From NCBI GenBank assembly GCA_050230475.1, contig JBFLGF010000047.1, positions 1-64,000 on the forward strand: a stretch of DNA of 64,000 nt, in the 5' to 3' direction. The first letter of the stretch is position 1; every line of letters starts with the position of its first letter. This DNA is from Ancylonema sp. (Eukaryota). The position numbers were made by a program, and so were the translations under genes. Below, piece by piece: positions 1-13,248 of the stretch. The notes below the pieces were generated by a model. It made no database searches. It had not been told where the DNA came from and worked only from the letters and a program-made list of their open reading frames with translations.

Positions 1-1302
1 CATCTACAGTCCTTCATGACGTGACATTGGCCGTCAATGTTAGATTCTATAACGATCTGGCGGAACATGTGTCGTCGATACATCTTTGTTACTCCGCCGC
101 AATTGGAAGTAGATTTGTTTCTAGAGGCGGCTCTTGAATGCTGAGTCACTGCGGCAAACCCTAGATTCCCAGCTGAACAAATTGCCCGTGCAGACGGCCA
201 CCAGGAAGTTTTCTTCGCCAACCGTCGACGAATCCTGAGGGGCAGCATGCCACGTGCCATTCCCTCTCTTGAACAGAACGGAACTTACTCCTCGAAAAAG
301 TTGTACAGACATGCGTGTCACAATCTTTCCCGCCGACGGGATCACACTATCTGATGCATCAAGCTGCGGTAACTTACGCTGCTTGGCGCCACTAGTTTGC
401 CGTCGTGGAGTCGGAGAAACACCATAAACATACTAGACGTATCCTCGGTTGTTGCAGCCTTCGTGCGAGGTGTCCTATGGCTGCAGCTTTTTGCGGTTTC
501 TCGGGCGCAACCGCGTGCAGACAAACTGTTTCATCTGCGCCGGTGCGTAGCAGTGGATCAACAGCAGGACCTCCGTTAGACACCACATGTACTCTGGTGG
601 ATTGTCGGTAAGCATGTATTCCACCACTCTTGTCACTCTTTTAGACTCTGCCCGCCACTCCACGTGTGCGGTTGGAATGGGAGAAACCTTGATCACTGGC
701 CGCCGTTCCGGTTCACGATATACATTCACTTGCTGGAATGGAGTTGGCATCAGTACACGTGGTAGTACACAATTTTAGTCGCTCTCTTTGGATAATGCTA
801 AGAAAGGATCTGTTTGCTGAGATAAGTTGAAGACGTCCATTACCTGATTTAGTAGTCCTGTTAAATTGGTGGGGCTGCCAGTGAGGAACGATCTGCAGAT
901 CAAACATGATCGATATTGTCATCCAACTATCCAACGATCCAACGATCGTGTTGGAAACAACTGTAGAGCACCCTTATACTTTAGGAGTGGTAGTTACTGC
1001 CTGTCGTTTCCAACCTCACCACTTGAACAACACTTACAATATTAATGGATTACGTCATGGGCAAGAAATCGGACATGTTGTGAGATTTCGGTATCAGTCT
1101 TTCTTATCTCTCGCTAAATTGAAATCTTCGCAGAATGAGTATCACCGCTGAACGCAGTTGTGAAAGTGAAATCACGTTCCGGCGGAGGTAGAAGCAGGGA
1201 AAGTTTCTTACAGATACATTTCCGGCTTGCAGAGCACACAGGTCGCGCAATCATGGCAAGACACCCGGGGGTGTGTCAACGACCGAGAAAGCCGCCGTTC
1301 GA

Positions 1303-1730
1303 ATGCTGTCAGCAGACTTATGTAGAGATATCCAGACTTCAGCAAACGCCAGCGTACCTGACTCCATCGACATTTCTCGCGTCTCACTGACGTCCGGCAC
1401 CTGTCGTGACAACATAACGTGGCGGCAGCAGAATGCTGACGCCATGTTCGCGTCAGCGTCCGATCTTGCCACAGCCATCCCGATGGACGGCGTCAGGGAA
1501 AGATTCTCGAGTGGTTCAGCGGATCCAGGCCACGTGCATGCACGATACTGGGGTCCAGATCTGGATGGGATCCTTTCCGATCGGTTAGATAGTGGCAAGT
1601 GGGGAGAACTGAAGGCGGCGATTCGGGAGGAGGGGGGGTCTGAGAGGGCCACGTGTCTTCAAGCGTGCGACGCGGTGGTAGAGGGGCTGGAATCGTTGGA
1701 GTCGGGAGGTGCGGTAGAAACGGAGGCCAG
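1303..1730 (+). CDS. Putative coding exon of unknown function, possibly a 5' exon of the downstream DnaJ-like gene
   Basis: GC-rich open frame from ATG 1303, ending at a strong donor AG|GTGAGT (1730/1731, phase 2). A phase-compatible acceptor TTTCAG (AG ends at 1925) leads into the frame that stays open to 2203. No domain recognised. Confidence 0.3.
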
Positions 1731-2154
1731 GTGAGTAGCGATCTTGGATGAGATTTGGGGTTTTGCATCAGGAAAGAAGCCTGTCTTTCGGAGTGGTTAT
1801 ACACTGGTCATAGACTCTGAATCACTTGAGCAGCTGAGCGGAGGAAATAGTTAGGGCTCATGGAAGTTGGTTAACCAGCACGTCCCGTCGGTTTGGGTCA
1901 CTTCGGGCCTAGGAGGTCCTTTCAGTCCGTACACGGAGGAAGTCCCTAGGTGTCATTTGTGGTGCCATACGGGTGCCACCTGTGCTCGCCCCTCCCCTTG
2001 GCTCAAAGCGGACCCGAGATCGAGTGGTGGAACAGTAGAGACGTCATCGGCCGCCTCACCCTCTGTGTCCCTGCCGTGTCTCCTGGGCAGCTTGTACGCC
2101 GCCTCTCTGGCTCAAGTCCTCCGCAATTCCGCCCACCTTCGTTTGCAGCAGGGG

Positions 2155-3248
2155 ATGGTGGCCAGGCTGGCACCACCCGCCATCCGACTCAGCGCACTCT
2201 TCAGTGAGTCAGCACCACCTTGGCTCCTATCCGTACCTCTACCTGGGCAGGCAGCTGGCGGGAATCTCAGATTGGGACGCACCGGGGCTTGGGGTTTCGG
2301 GCTCTCACAACGGTGTCGTATTTCAACGGTTTTCTTTTTTGTCGTGTGTCCTTTCCAGGTCCGGTCGGCATACTCATGGCGGTTGCAGTGGCGGTTGCGG
2401 GGATCTCCACGGCCATCCGCAACCAGTGGTGTCAAGAGCATGAGAGACGGGTATGGTACGGGTACGGGTTCGGGTACGGGTGCAGTTTTGGTGACAGAAA
2501 CAGTCGTGGGTTATGAGGCAGCAGGCAGCCAGAAGTAGGCAATAGGCAGTGTGTAGGTGGGGGGAACAGAGAACAGGCGCTGATCAGAGTTTCGGTTTTG
2601 GGTTTTGAGGATTTTGCAGGTGAAGGCAGGGTGCTCCAAGTGCGAGGGGTATGGGGTGGAGTCGTGCAAGTTCTGTAACGGACAAGGGGAGGTGAAGTGG
2701 GAGGGAAAGCTGTTCCACAGAGACCCTTGCCCGCTGTGCTATGGGAAAGGAATGCAGAAGGTGAGGGGAGGAAGAGGAGGGGAGGGTGGGTGGAGGGTGG
2801 GGGTGGGGGGACTGGGGCTGGGGCTGTGGCTGTGGCTGCAGTATGGCCATGGCGCGGAAGATATTACGAGTGGTGGGACGGAATTTACTTTGGTTGTGTG
2901 GGATGGGAGTATGATGGGAAGGAGTACGGTGGAGTGCAGTTGAACCTTCGTTTTTTTTTTTAATGTTACAAAATTGTGAGTGGAGTTAGGGAGGCGGAGA
3001 AGTGGAACATTTTGGAGAAGTATCCATGGGGGAAGGGAGAGGCGCTATGGACATGGGAGGAGATGAAAGCAAGAGGGTGGGAGATGTTGGTGGTTCAGAG
3101 GGGTGACATGATAATTTCGGTGACTGGCCTTGAAAATGATACTGACCCCTTTTGGTGTCTGCGTTTTCAAGTGCAGTGCTCCTCGTGCGGGGGTCAGTGC
3201 AAAGTGAAGAAGGGGCGACCCCCATGGATACCAACGCCAACCCCCTAG
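2155..3248 (+). CDS. DnaJ/Hsp40 cysteine-rich (CxxCxGxG) zinc-finger protein with a hydrophobic segment and no J-domain (DnaJ-like chaperone class)
   Basis: Exons 2155-2203, 2359-2450, 2620-2760 and 3177-3248, all GT-AG and phase-consistent. Four motifs CSKCEGYG, CKFCNGQG, CPLCYGKG and CSSCGG follow the hydrophobic stretch ILMAVAVAVAGI. The true start may lie upstream. Confidence 0.8.
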
Positions 3249-3847
3249 ATTTTACACAATTCAATCCGTGTTATCGGTTGTAGGGTAGGATGTTGGAAGT
3301 TCGTGGTAGGGGAGGGTTCCTTGCGGCTAAAATGGGCCATCGCAATAGAATGATGTTGTATTCGCCGTGTAGGGTATGAGGGGAGGAATAGGTTTCGTCC
3401 AAGACGGCGACGAAATTGCAGAAGGACGCCATTCTTACTAATTGTTGTGGATAGGAATAGAGATCGAAGATGTGAACCTTCGGAAGTAAAGAATGTTAGC
3501 CTTGAACAGGCTTGTCGTGTAGATTTCTGTGTATTCGTCAAGTCATCTCTGTATATAGGTGCATCATGGTAAAGCACGTGCTGCTAATTGTAGGGGTGAG
3601 AATGGTTTTTTTGGACTCTATATTCATTACATTATGTGGACTACTATCACGAAATTGCACTCGAAACATCGTAGACCATTTCAAGTTCCGAGTAGTGTAC
3701 TGCGGCATGTGTGTGCATACGAAGAGCTGGAGCGATGATTTGAACGAGAATTTTGTATTTTTATTTCCAGATGATTAAAGCAGTGATGGAAGCTGTCGGT
3801 CAATGGCAAAGGACGGTGTATCTAGTATGGCTGTAGTTATTACGCAG

Positions 3848-4957
3848 CATACGTGCACGGACTGGCGTACCGGGGTCCCAAGGCCCGGACTCCGGAACGG
3901 AGGCTGTCCTTTTCGGTCAAAAATCCGGACCGGCTGCTTAGGGTAATATCGGTTTTTGGTGGTTTTAATGTGTTTTCCGTGGAGAAAAAACTCCGGATGT
4001 ATTATTTTCGAGAGTAAAATTCTACTTCACATATTATTAAAAGGTAAAAAAATGGTTAAACCTATCAAACAAGTAATCAAAACCTGCAATGCAGCATTTC
4101 AGATAACGTTTTTCACCACTTTCGAAAGATAGCACTTGGGAAATTAGTAGATAATTTGGAATGGTTGTAAATACGTTTTCATACGTTTCAATATAATTCT
4201 GAAATGATATAAATGTGCGGCTCAAAAAAATGTGATGAAGGGGCATCGTATCATGAAATTAATTAAAATTAGAATCACCCATATCAAAAATTAAACTGAT
4301 TTTTTTCCACGCTCACAACATTGTATTCAAACTTCTATCCACCTTACAAACACATTTCTCACTTCTCACTTTCCTATCATTCATAAATAAAAGGGTAATT
4401 TCCCTAGCTGTGATTTACTTACATTCTCAAAATCTATCATTGCCTATAACTCCATACTTCTATGAAACGGAAAAAAAACATTACGACTTCTACACCCGCA
4501 ATTTTTGTTCTATTTTTACACCTATAACACTCTTCAATGTCTACAACACCTTAAATAACCCCCTTCTCCCCATTTCCCACTCCTCACTTGTCATTCCCCA
4601 AAAAGATTTCTTCACTCCGAATAACACACTTCCAAGTACCAACTTACACCCAAATTTCAGCCATTCTGTCAATTTTGATTTTTTTCCACCTCAATCAATG
4701 GACGGTTGGATTTGAACATGCTATTTTATTTTATTTATTTTTTTAATTTTGCTTCAACTTCGCAAGCCACAAATGACACATGTATATCACACATGTGAGG
4801 TTCAGGAAAAAAAAAATGAAGCCCCAGGTTCTTTTTCCCCGCGGAAAAATTGCCATGCAAAAAAACCCTAAAATTTCCCTGGTCCGACCGGGTCCCGACT
4901 CGGGACCCGGTCCGACCGCGGTCCGAAAATCCAATGTTGCCGGTCCGTGCAACTATG
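3848..4957. mobile_element. hAT-type non-autonomous element/MITE (GGACCG-rich family)
   Basis: Imperfect TIRs CATACGTGCACGGACTGGC / CATAGTTGCACGGACCGGC. Perfect 8-bp TSD TTACGCAG at 3840-3847 and 4958-4965. Confidence 0.85.
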
Positions 4958-5333
4958 TTACGCAGAGTAACTACTTGCTTCGACACTGCTCCGTAGTAAT
5001 GTTAAAGATAAAAAAATGTGAGCTGTTACGTTGTGAAATGACTTTGTTTTCGTGCATTTATTGATGCAAATTGAAATGAGCCGCAAGTACTAAAATACAA
5101 CCAATTCTATTGCCATGGGTATGTAGCTTCCATAATTTTTGGCATAGTTGGACCCAATGCACCCCGATTCCCGACCCAAATCGACTGCGGATCGGAAATT
5201 CTCGATCCGATCGGGTTCAACCATATGTAGAGGCAACACACGTCCATCCATAGGGGAAGGGTAAAGGTGTTCAGTATTAGTACAGTAGACGTGTAGTAAC
5301 TTTGTGTATTTCATAAAGCGTTTACCTTATCGG

Positions 5334-6909
5334 CCTAGTTGCACGGAGCGGGGTTCCGAGGTCCCGTTTCCGGACCGAAGTTCGAACTTTTGGGTCAAAA
5401 TTCTGACCGGCTGTTTAGGGTATCATATATATTTGAGGGTTCAAGAGGTTTTACCGTGGAGGTTTTTTTTTTTTTTTTTTTTTTTTTTTGGTGGATTGTT
5501 TCATCTTATTCATTGTAATAAAGTATTAATTATCAAAAATGTATGGCGTACGGATGTGGTTATGAGAACCTATAATGCTCAAGGGACATCCAAAACATAC
5601 ACTTAGGGATAGTTTCTTTCCCAATTGGATGGGATAAAGATGAATAACATATTTGATTTTGTTTCTTTATGTAGTATTTCGAAACGACTAATTAGACTGT
5701 TTCACAATTAAATATGAACAGTACAACATCAGCATGTCATTCGCGCAATCGAAGGTATAAGTTTGCTCAACTTAGTTTTGTATCCTCCTTAAAAACTTCG
5801 ACTTACATCCAATCTTGAACTTCTTGCATGACAACATGATGCAACATTTTTGAACTTCAGCCACGTGTATTTTTTTTGTACACTACACAACCCTAAATAC
5901 CTTTTGAATGACTAAGTAGTCATCACATCATAGTGAGATGATGCACACAATTTATCGTCTTCAAAATTATCATATTTTCAGAAGTCATGATTTTCAAATT
6001 CTACACAAATATGGGTGAATACCATTCCCGCTCTATATTTCGCCATTCTGTGGTCCGAATTGAGGAGCATTCAAGATCGATAGAGCAATGCCATTGGCGT
6101 ATTTTCTTGACCATACCCGCGGTAATGTTTGTTGAATATGACGGACCGGCGGACCGGGGTTTCGAGGTCCCGGTTCCAGACCGGGGTCTATATTTCTAGG
6201 TCAAAATGCCGGACCGACAGTAGTAGGAAACTTGCGGTTTTTCTTTCGAGCTTTTGAAAGGTTTACCGTGAAGGAAAAAATCCGGGAAAAATATACTTAG
6301 TTTATCATTTTTGCTTGTGCATCGTGCAAAATTGAAAGGAAAATGTACTCGTTCAAATTTCTTAAATAAATAAATGGGTAAATTACCTCTCTATTATTTA
6401 AGGTGCCATAGTAGATTCAGTGGTGCCTGTGCGGTTTGCCTACGTTATGAGTTGCCTAAATACGTTTGAGACAAAACAATTGTGGCTCAAAATGAGGAGT
6501 ACACAAATTTGACATAGTAATTATATATGCCTATTTAAATTATCTCAAACTTCTTTTACTGACCTATGAATCTTAGGTTAGTCAACTACAAATAACTTCA
6601 CCCCCTTCGATTGCATGCTATCGGATGGTGACTTTTAATGCAAAAATTCTCACCATTTTGGCTATCCAATTTGACCATCTCAATGAATGGACGGTTGGAT
6701 GTGAGCATGTTTTTTTTTTTTTTTTTTTTTTTTTGGCTACAAATTTGCAAGTCAAAAAAATGACGCTGATATATAACACGTGTGAAGAAATAAATTCAGC
6801 CCTACGCCCTTTCGTCCCGCGGAAAAACCGCCACGCAAAAAAAAACCCCAAAAGATCCTTGGTCCAACTGCGGTCCGAAAATCAAATCTTGCCGGTCCGT
6901 GCAACTATG
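5334..6909. mobile_element. Fragmented further copies of the same GGACCG-rich hAT MITE family
   Basis: Left-end-like sequences at 5334 (CCTAGTTGCACGG) and about 6140. Right end ...GCCGGTCCGTGCAACTATG at 6909, identical to the end at 4957. No matching TSD found. Confidence 0.55.
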
Positions 6910-7005
6910 GATCCAATCCGACACCGATCTGGGATCGGGACGGATTGGGCACATTCACGGTAGTAATCAATAGTAGTTATGCTATGAGTTTTGTTGTTTC
7001 TAGTA

Positions 7006-7163
7006 CGGTATAACCTCCCTAGTGGATTACTCTCGGGACCGGGAATAAATACTCCTTAAGACAAGTTATGCACTTAGAGAGAGACGGTTCCTCACAATTC
7101 CGATTTTGGGACCGGAATTTGGTACTCCTTTCGAGAGTTTATTCCTTTAGGCAGGTTATAATG
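7006..7163. mobile_element. Tc1/mariner (pogo-like) MITE
   Basis: Imperfect TIRs CGGTATAACCTCCCTAGTGGA / CATTATAACCTGCCTAAAGGA, flanked by TA on both sides. Confidence 0.6.
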
Positions 7164-7974
7164 TAAAGGCTAATGGCAACGTCTTCGTCAACATTTGATT
7201 CATAACTCTTTTAACCATTGCGGAGGTACTTGGAAGTTAGGAATAAATGTATTGCCGCTCACGCAAATTCCGCCACAGGTTGGTTGACTCCAATCCTATC
7301 GCCTAATTAACCATCCAATTCCAAATTTGACAATTAGGTTTCATGTCCACCGAGAATGGTGACCATAGTTTAGCCCGATCTCTAGTTCCGATCTATCTCC
7401 AGTCCCGATCCGGTTCGCCGGATCGGACCTGATCCGGAGCGCCGGGGGAGCGGAAATATTTCAATCGGACTCGATTATAAATGAACGTGATAAAAACAAC
7501 GAAACTTGTTTTTTGAGGTTTCACGCCACAACGAGTGCATATGCTTTTTGTTTCCCTCATCGATTGCTACCTTATTTTTGGCTCCCATTCCGAGCGATGG
7601 GAGCTACAGATGGCGACCATTTGTGATCCATAATAACTCAACAACGCAACTACTTCACAATTCAACCGAAAGAGAAAAAATAAGGCTTGGGAATGAGTTC
7701 ATCGAAGAAGAGGTGTGAGCAACGATTATTTCTCACAGTTGCCATTTCTTCCCCCGCTTCACGGTTTTCCACCCTACACGCTTATACACGTATGAACTGA
7801 GTCGATGTTATGCACCTATTCCCGTTTACAACGTCCTCTTTCATTGATGACATGATATAAGTGGCTTTGCAAGTCAAATCAAGAGAGTTGAAAGTTTTAC
7901 CGTATCGATAATTTTGGCGTAGAAAAACGCATTTGGATGTGTTCTTGGATTGAAATGATATGTAAGAATTTGGG

Positions 7975-8222
7975 CATGGCTGCGTAGTTGATATACGGAC
8001 GCGTCCGGGACGCGTCCGGACCCAATCGCCACAACCAAAATCTGATATCCAGGTATTTGGAACCCCCAGATTTATGGAACTTCAGAATGAAAACCGTTTT
8101 TTTTTTGTGCATCTAAGTTGTGTCCCGGACCGTCCGGCGATCTGCGGATGTGTCCGGGACGGGTCCGAGGCTGGACGAGTCTTGGACGCGTCCGGGACCC
8201 TCGCGTTCGCGACGTGACTATG
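7975..8222. mobile_element. Degenerate hAT-type MITE (GGACGCGTCC family)
   Basis: GGACGCGTCCGG subterminal repeats as in 30209-30606. Ends CAT...ATG. Flanks AATTTGGG / AATTTGAG (7/8). Confidence 0.55.
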
Positions 8223-8418
8223 AATTTGAGAGTTTTATGGAGGGTGACATCATTCAATCTATTCCAGTGTGTCAATCATAAATTATCCCTAGCATCAAGT
8301 GACGATAGATGAATTCTACCAAAATCGCACAAGCTTCAAGTTCAAAATGTACCGCTCCAAAATGTGATGGGTTCAACTTCCACCTCTCCCTCATTGGTCC
8401 AAATGCCCCTATTGTAAA

Positions 8419-11070
8419 CTACACTTTTGGGCAGCCCATGGCGAGCTTGCTGGTAAGCGTGAACTGATCCGCCACTCGGCTGCACGACAAAAAGTGTTTA
8501 AAAAAAGGTTATCACCATGACATAACCCTGCCGTAACCATGCCATGCTATGACATGCCTTGCCATACTCAATTTTTTTTTGAGCATGCCATAACGGCATG
8601 GTACACAATGCTCACTAGTCTTCACACCTCAATGTTGTTCCAATTGGGTGCAATTGTACAACTGTGTGCGTGCTACAATCCCCTCCTTCCTCATTGCAAG
8701 TGTGCTTTCAACACAAGATACCAAACGAAAAAAATATCGATATCAGAGGTAGCCATACCTCGCAGTATCACATTCACAATTCTCATCGCACAACGGATAC
8801 ACCACACCTCACCTCTTCAAATTAAAGACATACATTCATGCACAACAGAAAATCCAGGAATCCAAGACTTACCCGCCGTCAATGTTGCGAAGCCATGTGT
8901 AGGTGGCGATGGTGGAGTTGTGGAACACGATCTCAGAGTGACCGAAATAATCTGGATATTATAAACAAGGTTCTACAACTCAGCCCCCGTTTCCAATTCT
9001 CTCTTCAAAACAGCAACGGAACTTGCATCGCCATATTAACAACATATTCTCATACTCAATCCTTATCTTGCGCAAATTGTAGTCATTGAGATAGAGAAGA
9101 AGAAAACAATCACTCACAATCACGGAAGGCGCTGTAGAAGGGGGGTTGTCCAGAAAAGTTCCACAACGACATTCCAAAACAATCAATTGCACACTTCTCG
9201 ACAACCACTTCCGGCCATCACCACGTGCAATCACATCACATCCAACCAAAGCGTCTGCATCACTTACGGTCCAGCCACACCCTCGTCGTTTCCTCCATCG
9301 CCCACGGTGACGTGCACGCTGGAAACGACACAATTTCCACGTATGTGAGAAGCTCAAAGTTGTATCACAACTAGCCGCTTGCCCCTTCATAGATTCACAC
9401 CGATCACGGCATCGTGCCACCAATCCAGCCGTCGGCCGTCTGAACACCTCCTTTTTCCTTTGATGCCAGGAGGTTGCTCACGTTATCCGCGTAGTTGAGG
9501 TCACCGGCAAAGAGGGTGATGTCCGGCTTGCCAGCCAGGAGGTTGTCCAACGTGCTCGAAGCGTTCCCCGTCTGGCCCAAGTCAGCTGCGGACAGAATCG
9601 AATATCATAATCTTTATTTCAATCTATTACTTAGAGTTTCAAACCGGAGCAAGCGGTACGTTTTACGACTGCCACTCCGGATAATCCGAGTGGATATCAA
9701 AATGTGGTGACTTTCCCAACCTCATAAACAATCAAGCTCTACCTTCCACTCAACACGTGCAATAAAGTCGCAAAACGCGAGCGAACCTCGTGCGAACCGC
9801 GTGCTACAAGCTATGGCACTCACCCACGAGGCCGAACTTGACTGGAGTGAGGTCCCCGGATAGCGGGTGCGGCTTGAAGTGGTAGCGAGCGCTCCTGGCG
9901 GGTGCTGTCACCTTGTAGTAGATGGGCTTCGAGTCCGTGAGGGGTCCGATATAACAAAAGTAAATGTAGCCGGACTTGTAGTACGACGCGCTGGTCTTTG
10001 GGTAGATGTGGTAACGGTGGGGCTTGCATCTGCATACAACGAAGGCGCACACCGTATATGAGAACGTAGTGCCTGTAGAGACCCGTTTCATGTGAATTTC
10101 AGAAGGGGTGGGGTGGGACTGCGTCCGCATACAACGAACGCACACGCATAGATAGGACTATAGCGCCTAAATCGAGACCCATTATTTCGGAAGGGTTGGG
10201 GTGTTGGGGGAGGGTCGTACGCCACCGAGGTGCTTCTTCCCAAGTTCCTCCTGTGGCTCCACTTCAAGACGCCGCCCATGCTGCTGCCGGAAATCTTCTG
10301 AGGGATGGTGAAGGTCACAGCATAGTACTGCCCGTTGACGTCCGCGGGTACCACCTGGATTTGCTCCGGGAGGTTGGTGGTGGTCTGCATGAGGTAGGTG
10401 ACGGGGATGTCGGGGGAGGTGAACGGCTGGCAGTCGAAAGTGGCGTTGGGACAGCGGGGGAAGACGGGGGTGGTCATGTTGCCGGCGGGGAGACCCTCAG
10501 GGTTGTAGTACACGCCAGGGGGCTGCAACGGGGGGGGGAAATGGATAGCGGTTACGAATTTCTGAGTTCAGGTCATATGTAACTAGACGCGTTTCCATCG
10601 CAAACGCGATGCTTGCAATGGGAAGGAGGCGTTTCGGATGAGAATCAGCTCTTCCGAGTGAGGACGAATGGTATGTGGATCGGCCGCGTCTCAAAACACC
10701 GGAGAGGTTGTATACAACAAAACGCAGGGGCACACGTATTGAGCACAAGGACGGGTGGTGATCAGTGAGATGTAAAAACCATCTTGTGATATAACAGGGG
10801 ATAAAAATACAAAATGGCAAGACTTAAGATATATACAGATCCTTACAGATGCATAATTCAGCATCGACTAGGCGTGTTCAGATCTAGATTCGGGGATAAG
10901 TATAGCTAGAGAAGGCCAGGTGGACGGAGAATAGACGTCGATATCATCTAAATACACATGCACTCCCAGAATCGAGGTCGATTTACCGCAGGGGCTACTT
11001 TAGGGAGGGGTTGGCCCGTGACGCAAACAACAGCGGCCAGCACAACGAGAAGAGAAGCAAAGGTCGTCAT
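8419..11070 (-). pseudogene. Secreted purple acid phosphatase lacking the catalytic-core exons (probable pseudogene or assembly gap)
   Basis: Exons 11070-10987 (signal peptide MTTFASLLVVLAAVVCVTG), 10522-10221 (PEQI), 10029-9824 (YKSGYIY...FGLV), 9585-9482 (ADLGQ...GDLNYADN), 9318-9268 (VHVTVGDGGNDEG), 9131-9118 (AFRD), 8951-8873 (YFGH...WLRN) and 8479-8419. The GNHE, VxxH and GHxH motifs are absent, and the 9482-to-9318 junction is out of phase. Confidence 0.8.
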
Positions 11071-13248
11071 GGTATAAAGAGCCCTGCACGTGCAAACAGT
11101 TTAGCGCTGAAGATCACTGAAAAAGAACCTGTTCATTACGAAATTCTCGATCTTTATTCGGTCCTTCCAAACTCCATGGCTGAAAAAGTTGACAGAAAAG
11201 ATAGGAACGAAACAACATCAAACAAAGTTCTCCGCCTGCTCGGTGTATGGGATTCCGTGAGTTTCTAATCAATGAATTTCTGAATTCACTTATTAGTGGT
11301 AAATTGAGTGCTAAACGAAGACAAAACGCAAACATGAGGATGGTGGTGTCCCGACATCAGACCATTTCAACATTTCTGCCTCTGTGTGTGTTCACACGCT
11401 ATTAGTGTAAATAATTCTTTTGTTTCGTAAAATACATCAGAAGAAAAAACAACGTGCATGTGTTCTGATCTAGCTTTACAAACGAGACGGCTGTTATAAA
11501 TGAGATAACACGGTCTGATCAGCGAGAAAATTACCTCAGGACGATGCAGCTGCAAAATTTGGCTCAGTAAATTCCAGGAACAGGAACTTTGGCAGACCGG
11601 GAAGCGGGAAGGGCTCCAGTAGCCGAAGTAGCAGAAGAGAGATTCTGCTGGAGATTCCGCTACGGCACTGGTATCGCAGGATTCCCTCAAAAGTCCAAGC
11701 GCACCGACATATTATCTATTTTTGCTTGTCTAGGGACGCGCGTCAGGACTCCAATCGATCCTGTCGGTGAAAACCCGCGTCACTGAACCGGATGAACGAA
11801 GCAGCTACTGACACGCACACAAGACGGAATCTGGAACTGCTTCGTACCGACATGATTTTTGCGCGAGGTTGAACCTTGACGGTCCAGCTGGACGTTAAGA
11901 GGTCAAGTAGCTGGACGTCAAGTAGGTAAAACTGGACAGGTAGCGAGATGGAAACGACAAAATACAATTTCAACCGTCGTTTGTAGCCAGTTTGCTGTTC
12001 TGCCTACTTTTGACTGGTTTGCCTATCCCCCAGCGGCGGCCGTCGGTGCCCCGCTCACGAAAAGCCGGCGGGCGAAAAAGGGCCTACCACCGGGCTGGTA
12101 AAGAGGTGCTTTCAGGATTTTGATGTTTTCAATCCAAAAAAACTGCAAAATGATTATTAATAACAAGGTCTTTTATATCGAGCCTCAAGAATGGTCCAGA
12201 ACTCACATCCCATGGAGTTCCCGTGCATAAAATATGGCAAACTGCGTCCTCACCGGCATTCAAGCGATGCTCACAACTAGCACTCGTGTAGGCGGTCCCA
12301 GTTTTAAAAGCCCCCAAGAAGGGGGTCATATCTCCGGTGTTTGTAGGGGATGTCTCGCTGGGTCTAGCATTCTTTTTCACGCCAAGAGGGTCATATGAAA
12401 ACTGCGAAACGATATATTAAGTACAACTCTCGATTATTACATGATTCAATTTGGAGAGCATATTAGAAATAATGAAATAATAGCACAGTTGACTCACATC
12501 GAAACCCAAAGTTTCAAAATTGATGTTGTCGAGACAAAAATGGTATACTTACTCGAGCAAGTTATTGATTAAAACAAGGTAGATGCCAAGCGTCGATTAT
12601 TTTGTAACGTTCTACAAGTTTTGTAGTATCAAACGCCGTCGGATAGCCCTTGCGGTCCCAAATGTAGCAGCTCTGCGACAAACATGTTTAGGTTTGTTAG
12701 GCGGTAGTTTCTCAAGCACAAAATCACAAGCGCATTGAGCGTAGAGGAAGATTGGAGAATTGGTCGGCCAAATACAGTCCACGACAAACGCGCGAATAAA
12801 CACCACGACGCAGGCACGCGGGCACGCGTACGCGTGTTGCGCTGTGTGGGATGCAAACATTTGAAGTTCTATGGTGACGAGGTTTGTTCTTTAGAAAAGA
12901 AGTGGGGATAATAAATTGACACAACATGGTGATCACTGCATACATGTGTCAGCACATTCACGTATAGGTAGCTACCATTATGGCATCGTACTCACAACCA
13001 GTTATAAAAGGAGTACCATGCTATGCAAAGAGAATGCACATTGCACCGTCCACAATATCACTTCGCAACGCTCATAACACCACTTTTGCAACGTCCTCAA
13101 TATTCATTTTGGTTTTTTTGGGTCGTCAACATCGCTATAGAAAAATGGAAGTTCTTGGTAGTTGCAAGACATTTAGTTTGAATACAAATTTGAGAAACTT
13201 GGTCCGATATGGGGAAGTATCGCTATACCTCATGCAAACCTCACTTTT

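Noticed and set aside
121..750. Possible spliced gene on the minus strand at the window start
   Set aside because: Some GTAAGT donors and short ORFs, but no consistent phase chain or recognisable protein.
1528..1542. GHVHA peptide as a displaced GHxH motif of the phosphatase (trans-splicing idea)
   Set aside because: Opposite strand, and the flanks (DP-GHVHA-RYW) do not resemble the VFxGHVHAYER context. No GNHE exon was found in the window.
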